Of a DNA stretch of 64,000 nucleotides, positions 27,764-37,640 are shown one piece after another. Position 1 is the first letter of the stretch. Each line of letters opens with the position of its first letter. The position numbers were made by a program, and so were the translations under genes. The DNA comes from a virus (lineage: Duplodnaviria; Heunggongvirae; Uroviricota; Caudoviricetes): the IMG/VR virus record IMGVR_UViG_2718217807_000001; one strand, 5' to 3'. The notes below the pieces were generated by a model, which had not been told where the DNA came from, made no database searches, and worked only from the letters and a program-made list of their open reading frames with translations.

Positions 27764-28798
27764 GTGTATAATTCTTTTGATATTGACCGTGCATCAGAAA
27801 ATTGCTCCGCCGAAACTGTTGAATATTTGAAACAGTGCCAGGCCTTGACCGGAAAACAGATTATCTCACTCAGAGGCGATTCGTCGTTCGATGAGGCATT
27901 TATGCTTTTTACACGGCTGTCGTTGCTGGTGACTCGCCGCCGCCCGGAGCTTGGCGTTCACTGCATACTGATCCACGCTATGCCGGTGATTGGCGGAATG
28001 AAAGTTGAAGACATGAACCGCCTGGCAATCAACCGTCTGATCAATGCGCTCGTTCTGGATGGTAAGCTAGTCCAGAGCCGCCGTGTATTTTCTGTTATTA
28101 AACAGTTTCTTGGTTGGTGTGAGTTCCAGGGTATTATCGAGTCGTCGCCACTCGCCACGATGTCTCTAAACAAAGTGGCTGGCGGAGCAAAACCAAAACC
28201 GCGGGAACGAGTGCTTAGCGACGATGAGCTGGAGAAATTTTGGCATATGTGGGATTTTGCTGAAGTGTCAGAAAGTACGCGCTGGGCGGCTCGCTTTATT
28301 CTTTGCTCAGCCAGAAGACCTGATGAAGTTCTCCGGGCCAGACGAGACGAGTTCGACCTTCATAAAGATGTATGGAATCAGGGTGAGCGCAACAAATCTG
28401 GCCGCGATCACTCTCTCCCTATCAGTCCAATAATGAGGATGTGCATCGACAAAATGATAGACGCCGCTGGTGACAGTGAGTGGCTCGTACCGTCCCCAAA
28501 GACTACCGCGAAGCCAGCGTCAAAGGTGATGGTGGCACAAGCCTCGCGGCGGATAATGGCGAAGAAATATCTATCAGACGCTCTACCGGAACCGTTTGAA
28601 ATCAGAGATTTAAGACGGACAGCCAGAAGCTCACTGTCCAGACTTAACGTAGATCAGGATGTGGCCCGTAAGATAATGAACCACAGCCTTGAGGGGATAG
28701 ATCGCGTCTACAACCGACACGACTATATGGATAGGATGATCGAGGCAATGTTAGCTTACTCTGATTTTTTGATGGAAAAATGTAAAATCAATCAGTAA
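27764..28798 (+). CDS. Tyrosine recombinase / integrase
   Basis: 344 aa. C-terminal catalytic region with conserved R, H-x-x-R and Y (RDLRRTARS ... NHSLEGIDRVYNRHDY). GTG start. Confidence 0.6.
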   Translation: MYNSFDIDRASENCSAETVEYLKQCQALTGKQIISLRGDSSFDEAFMLFTRLSLLVTRRRPELGVHCILIHAMPVIGGMKVEDMNRLAINRLINALVLDGKLVQSRRVFSVIKQFLGWCEFQGIIESSPLATMSLNKVAGGAKPKPRERVLSDDELEKFWHMWDFAEVSESTRWAARFILCSARRPDEVLRARRDEFDLHKDVWNQGERNKSGRDHSLPISPIMRMCIDKMIDAAGDSEWLVPSPKTTAKPASKVMVAQASRRIMAKKYLSDALPEPFEIRDLRRTARSSLSRLNVDQDVARKIMNHSLEGIDRVYNRHDYMDRMIEAMLAYSDFLMEKCKINQ

Positions 28799-29102
28799 TG
28801 CCTAGTTTTTTCTTCATTTCATCGTTCTCTTGCTTCAGCTTTTGGATGAATTGGTAAACCTCTGGCTGACGTTCAGCGAGGTACATCATCATAAACTCGT
28901 CAGGTGGTGCGCCAACCGATTTGGCAAAAGGAATTACCTTATCGATAGAAAGATGAGCGCGGCCAGATTTGATAAGAGAGATGTTATTGGCATTTTCAAA
29001 ACCAATCTCTTTGGCCACCTGGACTTGCGTCTTACCACAGGTCAACATAGCTGCGGTCATAAATGGACGATAACGACCTTTTGACTCTTGCATGAAATTC
29101 AC
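28788..29102 (-). CDS. XRE-family HTH transcriptional regulator (repressor-like)
   Basis: 104 aa. HTH_XRE pattern QVQVAKEIGFENANNISLIKSGRAHLS. Divergent from a long AT-rich region at 29103-29697. Confidence 0.55.
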   Translation of the reverse strand: MNFMQESKGRYRPFMTAAMLTCGKTQVQVAKEIGFENANNISLIKSGRAHLSIDKVIPFAKSVGAPPDEFMMMYLAERQPEVYQFIQKLKQENDEMKKKLGITD

Positions 29103-29697
29103 TCCGCCTTGTATTTAAATTTTATATTAGTATTTACATACTTACCGTGAGCAGTAAGTAATTACATATTTATGTATTGCTCAAGACTAAACCACCAGAT
29201 GAAAAATGTAAATACACGCCGTAATTTTTGGTACGTAACCGCTCACCTACATTATGTAACCTAATATGTCAATAGGTGATCAACGTAATTTTTGTGCAAA
29301 ATTGTTGTAATTCTAAGGAAATAATAGTAATTTTGATTCGCGTCAAAATTAGGACACATTAATAAACAATAACCTATTAGATGGTACCAACATGAATACA
29401 GTTTTGAATTGGATGTACTCAGCATGTGAACAATCAGCAACCACTGTAACTGATCAGATTGGTGCAGATTTGATTTGCGAGCTGGGTGCTGAAGACCATC
29501 AAATTTCGGGTATAGATGATGTTTTTTTTCATATTAATCACTTACATAAGGAGTTTATTTTAATGCAAAGCATGTCATGTTTCATCCTCATCTGTTCCCG
29601 AATTAAGTAATATTTCGCCCCTTCTTTTTTGTCTTTTTATTTACATTGATTATGTTTATTATGCCCATAAAAGTAAGTAATCATTTATGGGCTAGGT

Positions 29698-31668
29698 ATG
29701 AAAAAAACATCTGTTAAAGACGTCATTAAGTTCCGCGAGGCAATAAAGAACATTGTATCAATGCTGGTCGATCGAGACATCCCTGTCATCGAGCGAGGCG
29801 CCAAAGCGTATGTCGAGTACAACGTCAAAGGCGAACCAGTTCTAATCTGCATACCATCCATTCCCGATGACGCCAGCGATAAATTTCTCATGACAATACG
29901 TGGATTTATCGACCATGAGGTTGCACACGTGCTGTTTACCGATGGCGTCGTTGGGAAGGGTTATGTATGGAATGCTGTAGAAGACACCTTCATCGAACGC
30001 AAAATGGGCGAGATGTTTAAAGGCTCGAAAGCGAACCTTCTTAACACTCAGCGCCATGTCATCGACACGGTATTCACTCCTAAAGAAAGCGAAGCGATCG
30101 CCGACAAATCTGGCGATCCTACGCGCATGTTTCTTGAGTTTTACCTTGTTCCAGTGCTTCGTGCGTGGAGTGGCCAGCTGCCGTTTTCTGACTATATGGC
30201 TGACCGCTGGGAACGCGTCAAAGAGCCTGTTTCTCTCTTACTGAAACACGGCGTTGATAAAATGATACCCAATATCCAGTCCACCAACGACAGCGTGGCC
30301 GTGGCCGCTAAAATCGTTCAGCTGCTGGTCGATAAACCAATGAAGGATAAGAGCGACCCGTCAGAAAGTGAAGAAACCCCGCCTGAAAAGAAAAAATCTG
30401 ACAGCTCGTCACCGACTCCAGAACCAAGCGAAGACGAATGTGACGGTGAAGACGATGCCCCTAGGCCTGATGACGGCGAGTGTGAGCCGAATGAAGACGA
30501 TAAAGCTAAAGGTGGTGATGGCGAGCCTGAGAGCGACGGCGAATCTGAAGACGACGAATCGGAGAGCGATGGTGGTGATGGCGATGGGTCGACTGGAACC
30601 GGTGATATACCAAAGCCATCTAAAGAAGATTTAGACCGTCTGGGGGCGATGGAGCTGGCTGAAGGCTCCGATGACATGTCAATGGAAGGCGCGATGAAAA
30701 GCATAATAGCCAGTGAGTCCGAGTTTTTGACCGGTTATCGCCCGTATGAAAGAACCTATGATTTCATGGGTAAAATGGAAGATGCTTACGGTTTTTTCGA
30801 AAACATAATATCCAGTGGCGTGAAAGAGTTCGATATGTACGGCTACCCAGGCAATTATAGCGTTTTACCTGCACACGAATCGATGTTTGAGAAACATATA
30901 AAGCCTTTGATAGCCGGCGACATTGTCGCGACGCTGGCTAAGGATCTTGAGCGAGCGATAGCCAGTCAGAACCGTACTCAGTTTATCCCTGGGCAGAGGA
31001 AAGGCAGACTACATGGGCCGAGTCTTCATCGTCTCACACTTAACGATGACCGGGTTTTCCGTAAAAAGGACATTCGCCGCGCGGTTAACTCGTGTGTCCA
31101 GATTGTGATTGATATGTCAGGCTCAATGAATGGCACAAAGATAAAAACAGCGTGCGCTGCCGCCTACACATTGGCTGACGCTCTGTCACGTATCAACGTT
31201 AAGACAATGATTACAGGCTTCACCACTTCCACACGACCAGTTCCAGGCAAAGGAGAGTTTAACCGCTCCGAGGCTCTTTTCCTGCCGATTATCAAGACGT
31301 GGGAAGCGCCTGTATCGGGTAAGCAGACCATGATTAATATGGGCGCAACTGCTAAAACAATGGTTCTGGCCGAGAATATCGATGGTGAAAGTATTTTAGC
31401 CTTATTGCAGCACTTCTCTGGCCGTCAGGAGGATCGGAAAATCATGCTCGTACTCAGTGACGGAATGCCACAAGCACAGGGCCGCGGATTGTCTGAGCAC
31501 CTGAAGCAAGTTACCAAGCAGATAGAGGAAGAGTCGGATATTCACCTAATGGGGATAGGCATAATGACGTCTGCGCCGCGGCACTACTATCGTGACAACA
31601 TCTGCCTGAGCAGTGTAGGCGAGCTGTCTGAGACACTGATAAATCAAATGCAACGCCTACTTTCGTAG
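29698..31668 (+). CDS. vWA-domain protein with long acidic linker (CobT-like)
   Basis: MIDAS motif DMSGSMNG. ~90-aa D/E/G/S-rich segment. 656 aa. Confidence 0.6.
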   Translation: MKKTSVKDVIKFREAIKNIVSMLVDRDIPVIERGAKAYVEYNVKGEPVLICIPSIPDDASDKFLMTIRGFIDHEVAHVLFTDGVVGKGYVWNAVEDTFIERKMGEMFKGSKANLLNTQRHVIDTVFTPKESEAIADKSGDPTRMFLEFYLVPVLRAWSGQLPFSDYMADRWERVKEPVSLLLKHGVDKMIPNIQSTNDSVAVAAKIVQLLVDKPMKDKSDPSESEETPPEKKKSDSSSPTPEPSEDECDGEDDAPRPDDGECEPNEDDKAKGGDGEPESDGESEDDESESDGGDGDGSTGTGDIPKPSKEDLDRLGAMELAEGSDDMSMEGAMKSIIASESEFLTGYRPYERTYDFMGKMEDAYGFFENIISSGVKEFDMYGYPGNYSVLPAHESMFEKHIKPLIAGDIVATLAKDLERAIASQNRTQFIPGQRKGRLHGPSLHRLTLNDDRVFRKKDIRRAVNSCVQIVIDMSGSMNGTKIKTACAAAYTLADALSRINVKTMITGFTTSTRPVPGKGEFNRSEALFLPIIKTWEAPVSGKQTMINMGATAKTMVLAENIDGESILALLQHFSGRQEDRKIMLVLSDGMPQAQGRGLSEHLKQVTKQIEEESDIHLMGIGIMTSAPRHYYRDNICLSSVGELSETLINQMQRLLS

Positions 31669-31764
31669 CATTTCTTTGGCCAAAAAAGATAAGTAAATAC
31701 TTATTTCATTGCCTATTACATATAAGTATTATTAGCACACCAAAACAATTCAAAAGGAAAACAC

Positions 31765-33003
31765 ATGACGGTCAAATCGCAAAACCAAGAGTCAGCGCCA
31801 GACTCGCCGGATGAAAAGCCAATTTCGTGCAAGTGGTGTGAGGGTGACACGCATCATGTAGGCTCTCACTTTATTCGTAAGAAGTGCAGCGCCATTCCGA
31901 CTGAGCATAAGGGGAAAACACCGGAAGAGCTGATCCGCGCTTATGTGGCGCAGTTCCCCGAAGCCCCAACGATGTCAGCTGCCGCAGCTAAAAAACTGAA
32001 AGAGAAAGAAGCAGAGAAGAAGAGTGTAAAAGAAGCTGCGGTTGTGGGTTATGCCGGTTTCGAAGATTACATGGTCGAAAAGGTAGCTGTGCATGAGGTT
32101 ATGGGTCTTGACCCGGAACTGCTTATGTCAGCGTCTGGCGAACCTCTTCGCATTACCGTGAACATCAACAAGCCATTCCCAGAGTTCGTACCAAAGGCGA
32201 AACCAGACTATGTATTCGGTGACATCGATCTGCTGAAAGATGTCCTGATGATGATCGAAATGGGTATGCCTGGTTATTTATGGGGCCACGCTGGAACCGG
32301 CAAGAGTACGCTTCCAACTCAGATTTGCGCACGTCTGAATCGCCCCATCATTCGCTCCCAGCACACCGCCTCGACTGAAGAGTCGCATATTTGCGGTCAG
32401 ATTCTGGTTAAAAGCGGGGCGACTTATTTTGAACCGGGATTACTGGCAAGCGCTATGCGTAATGGCTGGGTATATCTGGCTGATGAGTACGACTTTGCCT
32501 ATCCGCAAATCCTCGGCGTGTACCAGCCAGTGCTGGAAGGTGAACCACTGATCATCAAAGAAGCGACACCGGAATGGCGCTACGTTGAGCCTCACAAACG
32601 ATTTGCCTTTATCGGAACTGGCAACACTAACGGCTCTGGTGACGAGACTGGTCTGTATCAAGGCACCAACATTCAGAATGCGGCGAACTTCTCACGCTTC
32701 GGCATCGTCTCCCATGTTAAGTACATGAGTGTAGACCAGGAGCGGTTGATGCTGGAGCAGATGGGCCTACCAAAAGCTCACGCGACTATGCTTGTCGATT
32801 TTGCCACTCGTATTCGTAACGGCTATGAAGCGGGGAGCATTAGCCAGCCAATCGGACCTCGTGAACTGCGCAATGCAGCGATGCTCGGCATGGCTCATCA
32901 CAACTTCAGGAAAGGCGTTACAAAGTCATTCATTAACAAACTGCCATCCACCAGCGCTCTCGCGGCGACAGAGATGGCTCAGCGTGTATTCGGTGATGGA
33001 TAA
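31765..33003 (+). CDS. AAA+ ATPase, MoxR/CobS-like
   Basis: Walker A GHAGTGKST. Walker B VYLADEYDF. 412 aa. Adjacent to its vWA partner. Confidence 0.65.
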   Translation: MTVKSQNQESAPDSPDEKPISCKWCEGDTHHVGSHFIRKKCSAIPTEHKGKTPEELIRAYVAQFPEAPTMSAAAAKKLKEKEAEKKSVKEAAVVGYAGFEDYMVEKVAVHEVMGLDPELLMSASGEPLRITVNINKPFPEFVPKAKPDYVFGDIDLLKDVLMMIEMGMPGYLWGHAGTGKSTLPTQICARLNRPIIRSQHTASTEESHICGQILVKSGATYFEPGLLASAMRNGWVYLADEYDFAYPQILGVYQPVLEGEPLIIKEATPEWRYVEPHKRFAFIGTGNTNGSGDETGLYQGTNIQNAANFSRFGIVSHVKYMSVDQERLMLEQMGLPKAHATMLVDFATRIRNGYEAGSISQPIGPRELRNAAMLGMAHHNFRKGVTKSFINKLPSTSALAATEMAQRVFGDG

Positions 33004-33180
33004 AGGTTGTTTTGGTTCGGCGCTAACAGCGTCAGAAAAAAGCGAGGTCTGCGCCCGTTGTGGTGACAGGCCTCGCTGTCATGATGAAGCTCGTAAAAAC
33101 ATTGAGTCCATGTTTGGAAAGTTCGCTGGTTTCCCGGTCGACAGCATCAAAAATAAAAAGAAAACAAAGAAGGAAAGCAC

Positions 33181-35553
33181 ATGAAAGCATTAATGGTACG
33201 CACTGACTTTTCCCTCGGGGAGTCGGCGTTAAAAGTCGGTTGTGTCGTGCAAGTGGCAAAAGAGCTTGGTTACTCAGCCGTCATTAGCGCTGACACAATG
33301 AACCTGGCATCAATCATCCCGCTGCAGCAATCAGCCGGCGACGACATGGCCGTCGTCTGCGGCGTTCGTCTTATCGTTAGTGATAACCCATTCCATGAAG
33401 GACTGGTGAAGAAAGCAAAAGAATCAGGTGAGGAAGTACCCGTTTGCAAAATGGGTCGCCAGTACAGCTTTACTGCGCTGATCAAAAACAACGAAGGGTA
33501 TAAAGACCTTTGCGAGCTGATGACGCTGGGCAACCGCCGCGAGCAGTTTTACTTTATACCGCGGATCTCATTGAGGCAGCTGATTGAGACATATGCCAAA
33601 GGCAACATCTTACTTCTGACTTCTGACCGTGACAGCATCTTCCACCGGCCTGATTTCGTCAGTATTTTATCCGCCCTACTTTCTACGGGTGGTCGCGACA
33701 ACTTCTATAGCGTCGTGTACCCCATTTCCACGCCTTTGTATGACCAGTTGAACAAGAAGGCAATGAGCGTCGCACAGGCTCTTAAAATCGCTCCTGTGGC
33801 ATTCTATCCTGCATATTACGAAAAGGAAGAGGATGCTGACCTGCGTGACATCGCGCACATGGTTATCAATAACATCAAAACAGATCAGCCTTATCGCTTC
33901 CATATCCCTCACCAACGCGATAACTCAATTCAGGATCGCAAGCATTTGCTGGTTCGCCTGATGGAGTTCGCCAAGCGCATGAACGTCGAGGGCGTCAGTT
34001 CTGCCATGGTTAACGACACTCAGGATGAGATCATCGCGGAGTGCAGCTGGCGATGGCATGAAATGCCGGTGAGTCTTCCAGTAATGGCAGAAGACGAAGG
34101 CGAAAAGCTAACTCGCATGGCAGCTGAAGGTCTGAAACGACGCTTAACGACGCTTGAGTTTGGGTGGAAGCCACCGGCCGAACAGTACCCAATGTATATC
34201 AACCGTCTCCGCTATGAGTTATCTGTGCTGAAGCGCCTGGGTTTCTGCGGTTACTTCCTGATGGTGGAGAACCTGCTTACGTGGGCGCGAGAAGAAGATA
34301 TTCCCGTTGGTCCTGGTCGCGGTTCATCTGCAGGCTCATTGGTTGCATGGGCTATTGGGATCACCAATATTGACCCTCTACGTCATGGATTGCTGTTTGA
34401 GCGTTTCATCAACCCGGAGCGTCTCGACTTACCAGATGCTGATCTGGACTTCAGCCAGGCACAGCGCCAGCGTGTTCTTGAATATCTTGAAGAGCATTAC
34501 GGTGAAGACTATGTCGCCGGCATTCCAAACTTCTCATACCTGGGCATGGCTTCGGCATTGCGTGACACTGCGCGAATTTATGGCGTGTCGTCTGAAGATA
34601 TGGCCGTATCAAAGCAGCTGAAGCCATTCGATGACGAGGGCTTATCTCTCGAAGAAACACGCGAGCAGCTGGGGGCGTTGGACAAATATGCTAAAGCCAA
34701 TCCAGAAGCCTTCGACGCGGCTTGTAAACTCCAGTCACTGATGCGCAGCTTCAGCAAACACGCTGCAGGGGTAATTGTGTCTGGTGTTCCGTTGACAGAA
34801 CGTACACCAGTGGAATTACGCAACGGTGTGCGCTGTATCGCGTTTGACAAACGTTTCTGTGAATCCATGGGGCTTATCAAACTGGACGTGTTAGGGCTGG
34901 CTACGCTCGACCTGCTGGCGCTGGCTAAGCGCTATATCAAAGAGAATGAGGGTGTAGACGTCAACCTCGATGCGATCCCTCTGGACGACAAGCGCGTACT
35001 CGACGGCATGGCGCTGGGCGAAACAACCGGCGTATTCCAGTTCGAGTCTGGCGGCATGAGAAACCTGCTTAAAAATTTGGGAAGCGGCATAAAGCCCATG
35101 TCGTTTGAGATGGCCGTTGCCACGACAGCGCTCTACCGACCTGGCCCGATGCAGTCGGGCATGATGGATACCTACGTCAGTGTTGCGCGTGGCTATGAAG
35201 ACGCTTCGTCGCTTCACCCAAGTCTTGACGATCTGACAAGAGAGACAAACGGCGTTTTGGTCTATCAGGAACAGATCATGAAGGCGTCGCAGATTCTGGC
35301 TGGGTTCTCACTGGCGGAGGCTGACATGGTTAGGAAAGCGATCGGTAAAAAAGACATCGAGAAGATGAAAAAGATCGGTGCTGATTTCTCAGAACGTGCG
35401 CAGCTGGGTTGGCTGGAGGTTCAAACTGATGATGGCCAGACTGTCATTGTTCACCGCGCAGCACTTCACCCATGCACTGACGGCAAAAAGCGAACTGCCA
35501 TCCAGGCGATGGAAGACGATGCCGACATTATTGAATTTGACACCTCAAAATAA
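33181..35553 (+). CDS. dnaE: DNA polymerase III alpha (DnaE-type), N-terminal 790-aa part: PHP, palm, thumb and part of fingers
   Basis: N-terminal PHP-like segment. The ...EADMVRKAIGKK... block aligns with E. coli DnaE ...EADMLRRAMGKK.... The ORF then ends after a 49-aa non-homologous tail. Confidence 0.7.
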   Translation: MKALMVRTDFSLGESALKVGCVVQVAKELGYSAVISADTMNLASIIPLQQSAGDDMAVVCGVRLIVSDNPFHEGLVKKAKESGEEVPVCKMGRQYSFTALIKNNEGYKDLCELMTLGNRREQFYFIPRISLRQLIETYAKGNILLLTSDRDSIFHRPDFVSILSALLSTGGRDNFYSVVYPISTPLYDQLNKKAMSVAQALKIAPVAFYPAYYEKEEDADLRDIAHMVINNIKTDQPYRFHIPHQRDNSIQDRKHLLVRLMEFAKRMNVEGVSSAMVNDTQDEIIAECSWRWHEMPVSLPVMAEDEGEKLTRMAAEGLKRRLTTLEFGWKPPAEQYPMYINRLRYELSVLKRLGFCGYFLMVENLLTWAREEDIPVGPGRGSSAGSLVAWAIGITNIDPLRHGLLFERFINPERLDLPDADLDFSQAQRQRVLEYLEEHYGEDYVAGIPNFSYLGMASALRDTARIYGVSSEDMAVSKQLKPFDDEGLSLEETREQLGALDKYAKANPEAFDAACKLQSLMRSFSKHAAGVIVSGVPLTERTPVELRNGVRCIAFDKRFCESMGLIKLDVLGLATLDLLALAKRYIKENEGVDVNLDAIPLDDKRVLDGMALGETTGVFQFESGGMRNLLKNLGSGIKPMSFEMAVATTALYRPGPMQSGMMDTYVSVARGYEDASSLHPSLDDLTRETNGVLVYQEQIMKASQILAGFSLAEADMVRKAIGKKDIEKMKKIGADFSERAQLGWLEVQTDDGQTVIVHRAALHPCTDGKKRTAIQAMEDDADIIEFDTSK

Positions 35554-35623
35554 TAAGTAACATGTGAAAACAAGTTGTTTTCTAAACACGTAAACAGCTT
35601 GTTTTTCTAACAAAGGAAAACAC

Positions 35624-36784
35624 ATGAAGATCACTAAAATCGTTTCAGAGCGCCCAGGACTCGGTGAGCTGAAAGCTAAAGAAGTATGGGACGCCTTCGA
35701 GAAGTTCGGATCGTATGGTTTTAACAAATCCCACGCAGTGGCGTACACCGCGATCAGCTATCAGTCGATGTATCTGAAGACACATCACCCAGCGGCGTTC
35801 TTTGCGGCCGCATTGACCATTCAAGACGATGAGAAGCATCGCGCAGTGGTTAAAGATGCGCTGGCGCGTGGGGTCATCGTCATGCCGCCCGACATTAACA
35901 TCTCAACTGAGCGTATCGAGATAAAGGAGCTGTCAGACGGCCGCACTGCTCTTTATGCCCCCTTCTCCGCTGTTAAAGGTTGTTCTGAGAAAGGCTGTTT
36001 CGCCATCGTTCGTGCTCGCGAACGTGTCGGCGGAGCTTTCGAGTCCAGAGCGCAATTCAAAGAGGCGATCGAAGCCAGGCTGTGCAATATCCGTGTACAG
36101 GAAGCGCTGGACGCCGTTGGCGCATTTGCCAGTATTGAACCGGGGAGCGAGCCAGCGCTGGCTGAGTCACGACGCAAGGCTCAATCTGAGCTGATGGGTA
36201 GTCTTATTATCGACGCTGTGAAAATTGACCGTCCGTTCGAGATGAACCCGAAGCGCCAGGCGGAAGTTTCTATGCTGATGGAAGAGCTTCGCAGAGAGGT
36301 TGGTATAGAGGAAGATCTAGTGACTCCGCACATCGGCGTCTCTCCTAAATTGATGATTATCCTCGACACGGCCAATGGCAACGATATCAGGACGGGGATC
36401 TTCATGGAGAACGGCTACGACGACCTGAAGGCCAAGATGCTTGTTAACGGTGATCTGCGTATGAGCGAGGTGTATGTCACCGGCGTCATCAAGCAGGACA
36501 AAAAGCTACCGCTGTCCCGCGATGCAGAAAACACCTATATCGAGTTCATGAAGAAAGAGTTGGAGCTGATCAAGCCAACCTACGTCCTGACGTGTGGCCG
36601 AATCTCGTCAGCGCTTTTTAACGACAAAACGAAACCGACGGATCTGGTCGGGCGTAAAGAGTATTTCTCAGCAATGGATTTGACCGTCTTCTACGGGTTT
36701 AATCCGGGCATTCTTCACTTCCGCCCAGAGGAAGGTGAAAAGCTGGAGCTGATTATGGAAGACATCAAAGAGGCATTAGCATGA
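35624..36784 (+). CDS. dnaE: DNA polymerase III alpha (DnaE-type), C-terminal 386-aa part
   Basis: FGSYGFNKSHAVAYTAISYQSMYLKTHHPAAFFAAALT aligns with E. coli DnaE [35 protein letters not shown]. The ORF has its own AAAGGAAAACACATG initiation region. Confidence 0.7.
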   Translation: MKITKIVSERPGLGELKAKEVWDAFEKFGSYGFNKSHAVAYTAISYQSMYLKTHHPAAFFAAALTIQDDEKHRAVVKDALARGVIVMPPDINISTERIEIKELSDGRTALYAPFSAVKGCSEKGCFAIVRARERVGGAFESRAQFKEAIEARLCNIRVQEALDAVGAFASIEPGSEPALAESRRKAQSELMGSLIIDAVKIDRPFEMNPKRQAEVSMLMEELRREVGIEEDLVTPHIGVSPKLMIILDTANGNDIRTGIFMENGYDDLKAKMLVNGDLRMSEVYVTGVIKQDKKLPLSRDAENTYIEFMKKELELIKPTYVLTCGRISSALFNDKTKPTDLVGRKEYFSAMDLTVFYGFNPGILHFRPEEGEKLELIMEDIKEALA

Positions 36785-37203
36785 CAGAAGTTACCGTGTC
36801 ACAAGAGTTTATCGACAAGGCCAGCGTTGCTGTAAACAAATCTGCTTTCTGGGAGATAGCCGATAGCCCTGTCACTGTTCGCCTCGCGATGAAAGTTGCC
36901 GTTCTTGGCGGCGAACGCGCGAATAAGGCGGCACGTAGTTGCGCCAGAGTGATGTTGAAACGGGTAAATAACTCCGAGGTGCGCGGGCGTCTAGTCAAAC
37001 TGGCAAAAGCAACGGATGTCGAGAAGGAGCTGACTGAGTTCGAAGCATTCAGGGATTCTCTAATCATGAAGGTGGCGAGAGAGTTTATGGAAGTCGAAAA
37101 GTCCAACAGCGTGAGAGACTATCGCAAGCATCGCGCACAGCGGATAATGACCGCATGCAAGGATGCAGGTCAAAATTCAAATGCAGGGAGTATTGCTGCA
37201 TAA
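36781..37203 (+). CDS. Hypothetical protein
   Basis: 140 aa. Start overlaps the dnaE-C stop. Confidence 0.45.
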   Translation: MTEVTVSQEFIDKASVAVNKSAFWEIADSPVTVRLAMKVAVLGGERANKAARSCARVMLKRVNNSEVRGRLVKLAKATDVEKELTEFEAFRDSLIMKVAREFMEVEKSNSVRDYRKHRAQRIMTACKDAGQNSNAGSIAA

Positions 37204-37499
37204 ATCCTAACGTCAGGCTATTTGTGTCTCATATAGCCTGACGTCTCTTCTGCTAGATGCTTTGCTCACCTAATAATCAACAAGTCTCAATCAAAGCCCC
37301 TTGAGTGAATTTATGGTTCACGGTGAACCATATTTAGGTATACAGAAACATCAAAAAATTACATTTTAATCATTAAAATCAAATATATATAATTACAGTG
37401 CTAACTCATATCTTTCTAGATAGATTTTACTGAAGGCGTTACAACGCCTTCAGGCTCTGACATAATTTCTTCAACGAGGGCAAACAAAAAGGCAAAAAG

Positions 37500-37637
37500 A
37501 TGATTAAAACGACTGAACAGATTGTGTCTCTAGCAGAGCGGCTTTCGAAAGTGGCTGTGGTTATCACTAACCTTGTGTTATCACTTGCTCTACTTGGTAT
37601 GGTCTACTTTATCTTTCAAAATGTTACGCTGAGGTAA
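37500..37637 (+). CDS. 45-aa small membrane protein
   Basis: Not in the ORF track. MIKTTEQIVSLAERLSKVAVVITNLVLSLALLGMVYFIFQNVTLR with one TM helix. Ends 3 nt before the next start. Confidence 0.35.
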   Translation: MIKTTEQIVSLAERLSKVAVVITNLVLSLALLGMVYFIFQNVTLR

Positions 37638-37640
37638 TTT

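Noticed and set aside
35554-35623. Split intein or programmed frameshift joining the two dnaE ORFs
   Set aside because: There is no Cys/Ser-initiated N-intein block at the end of part 1 and no HN-[CST] C-intein signature at the start of part 2. The gap contains a typical promoter/RBS cassette and stop codons in all frames, so I treat them as separate ORFs.
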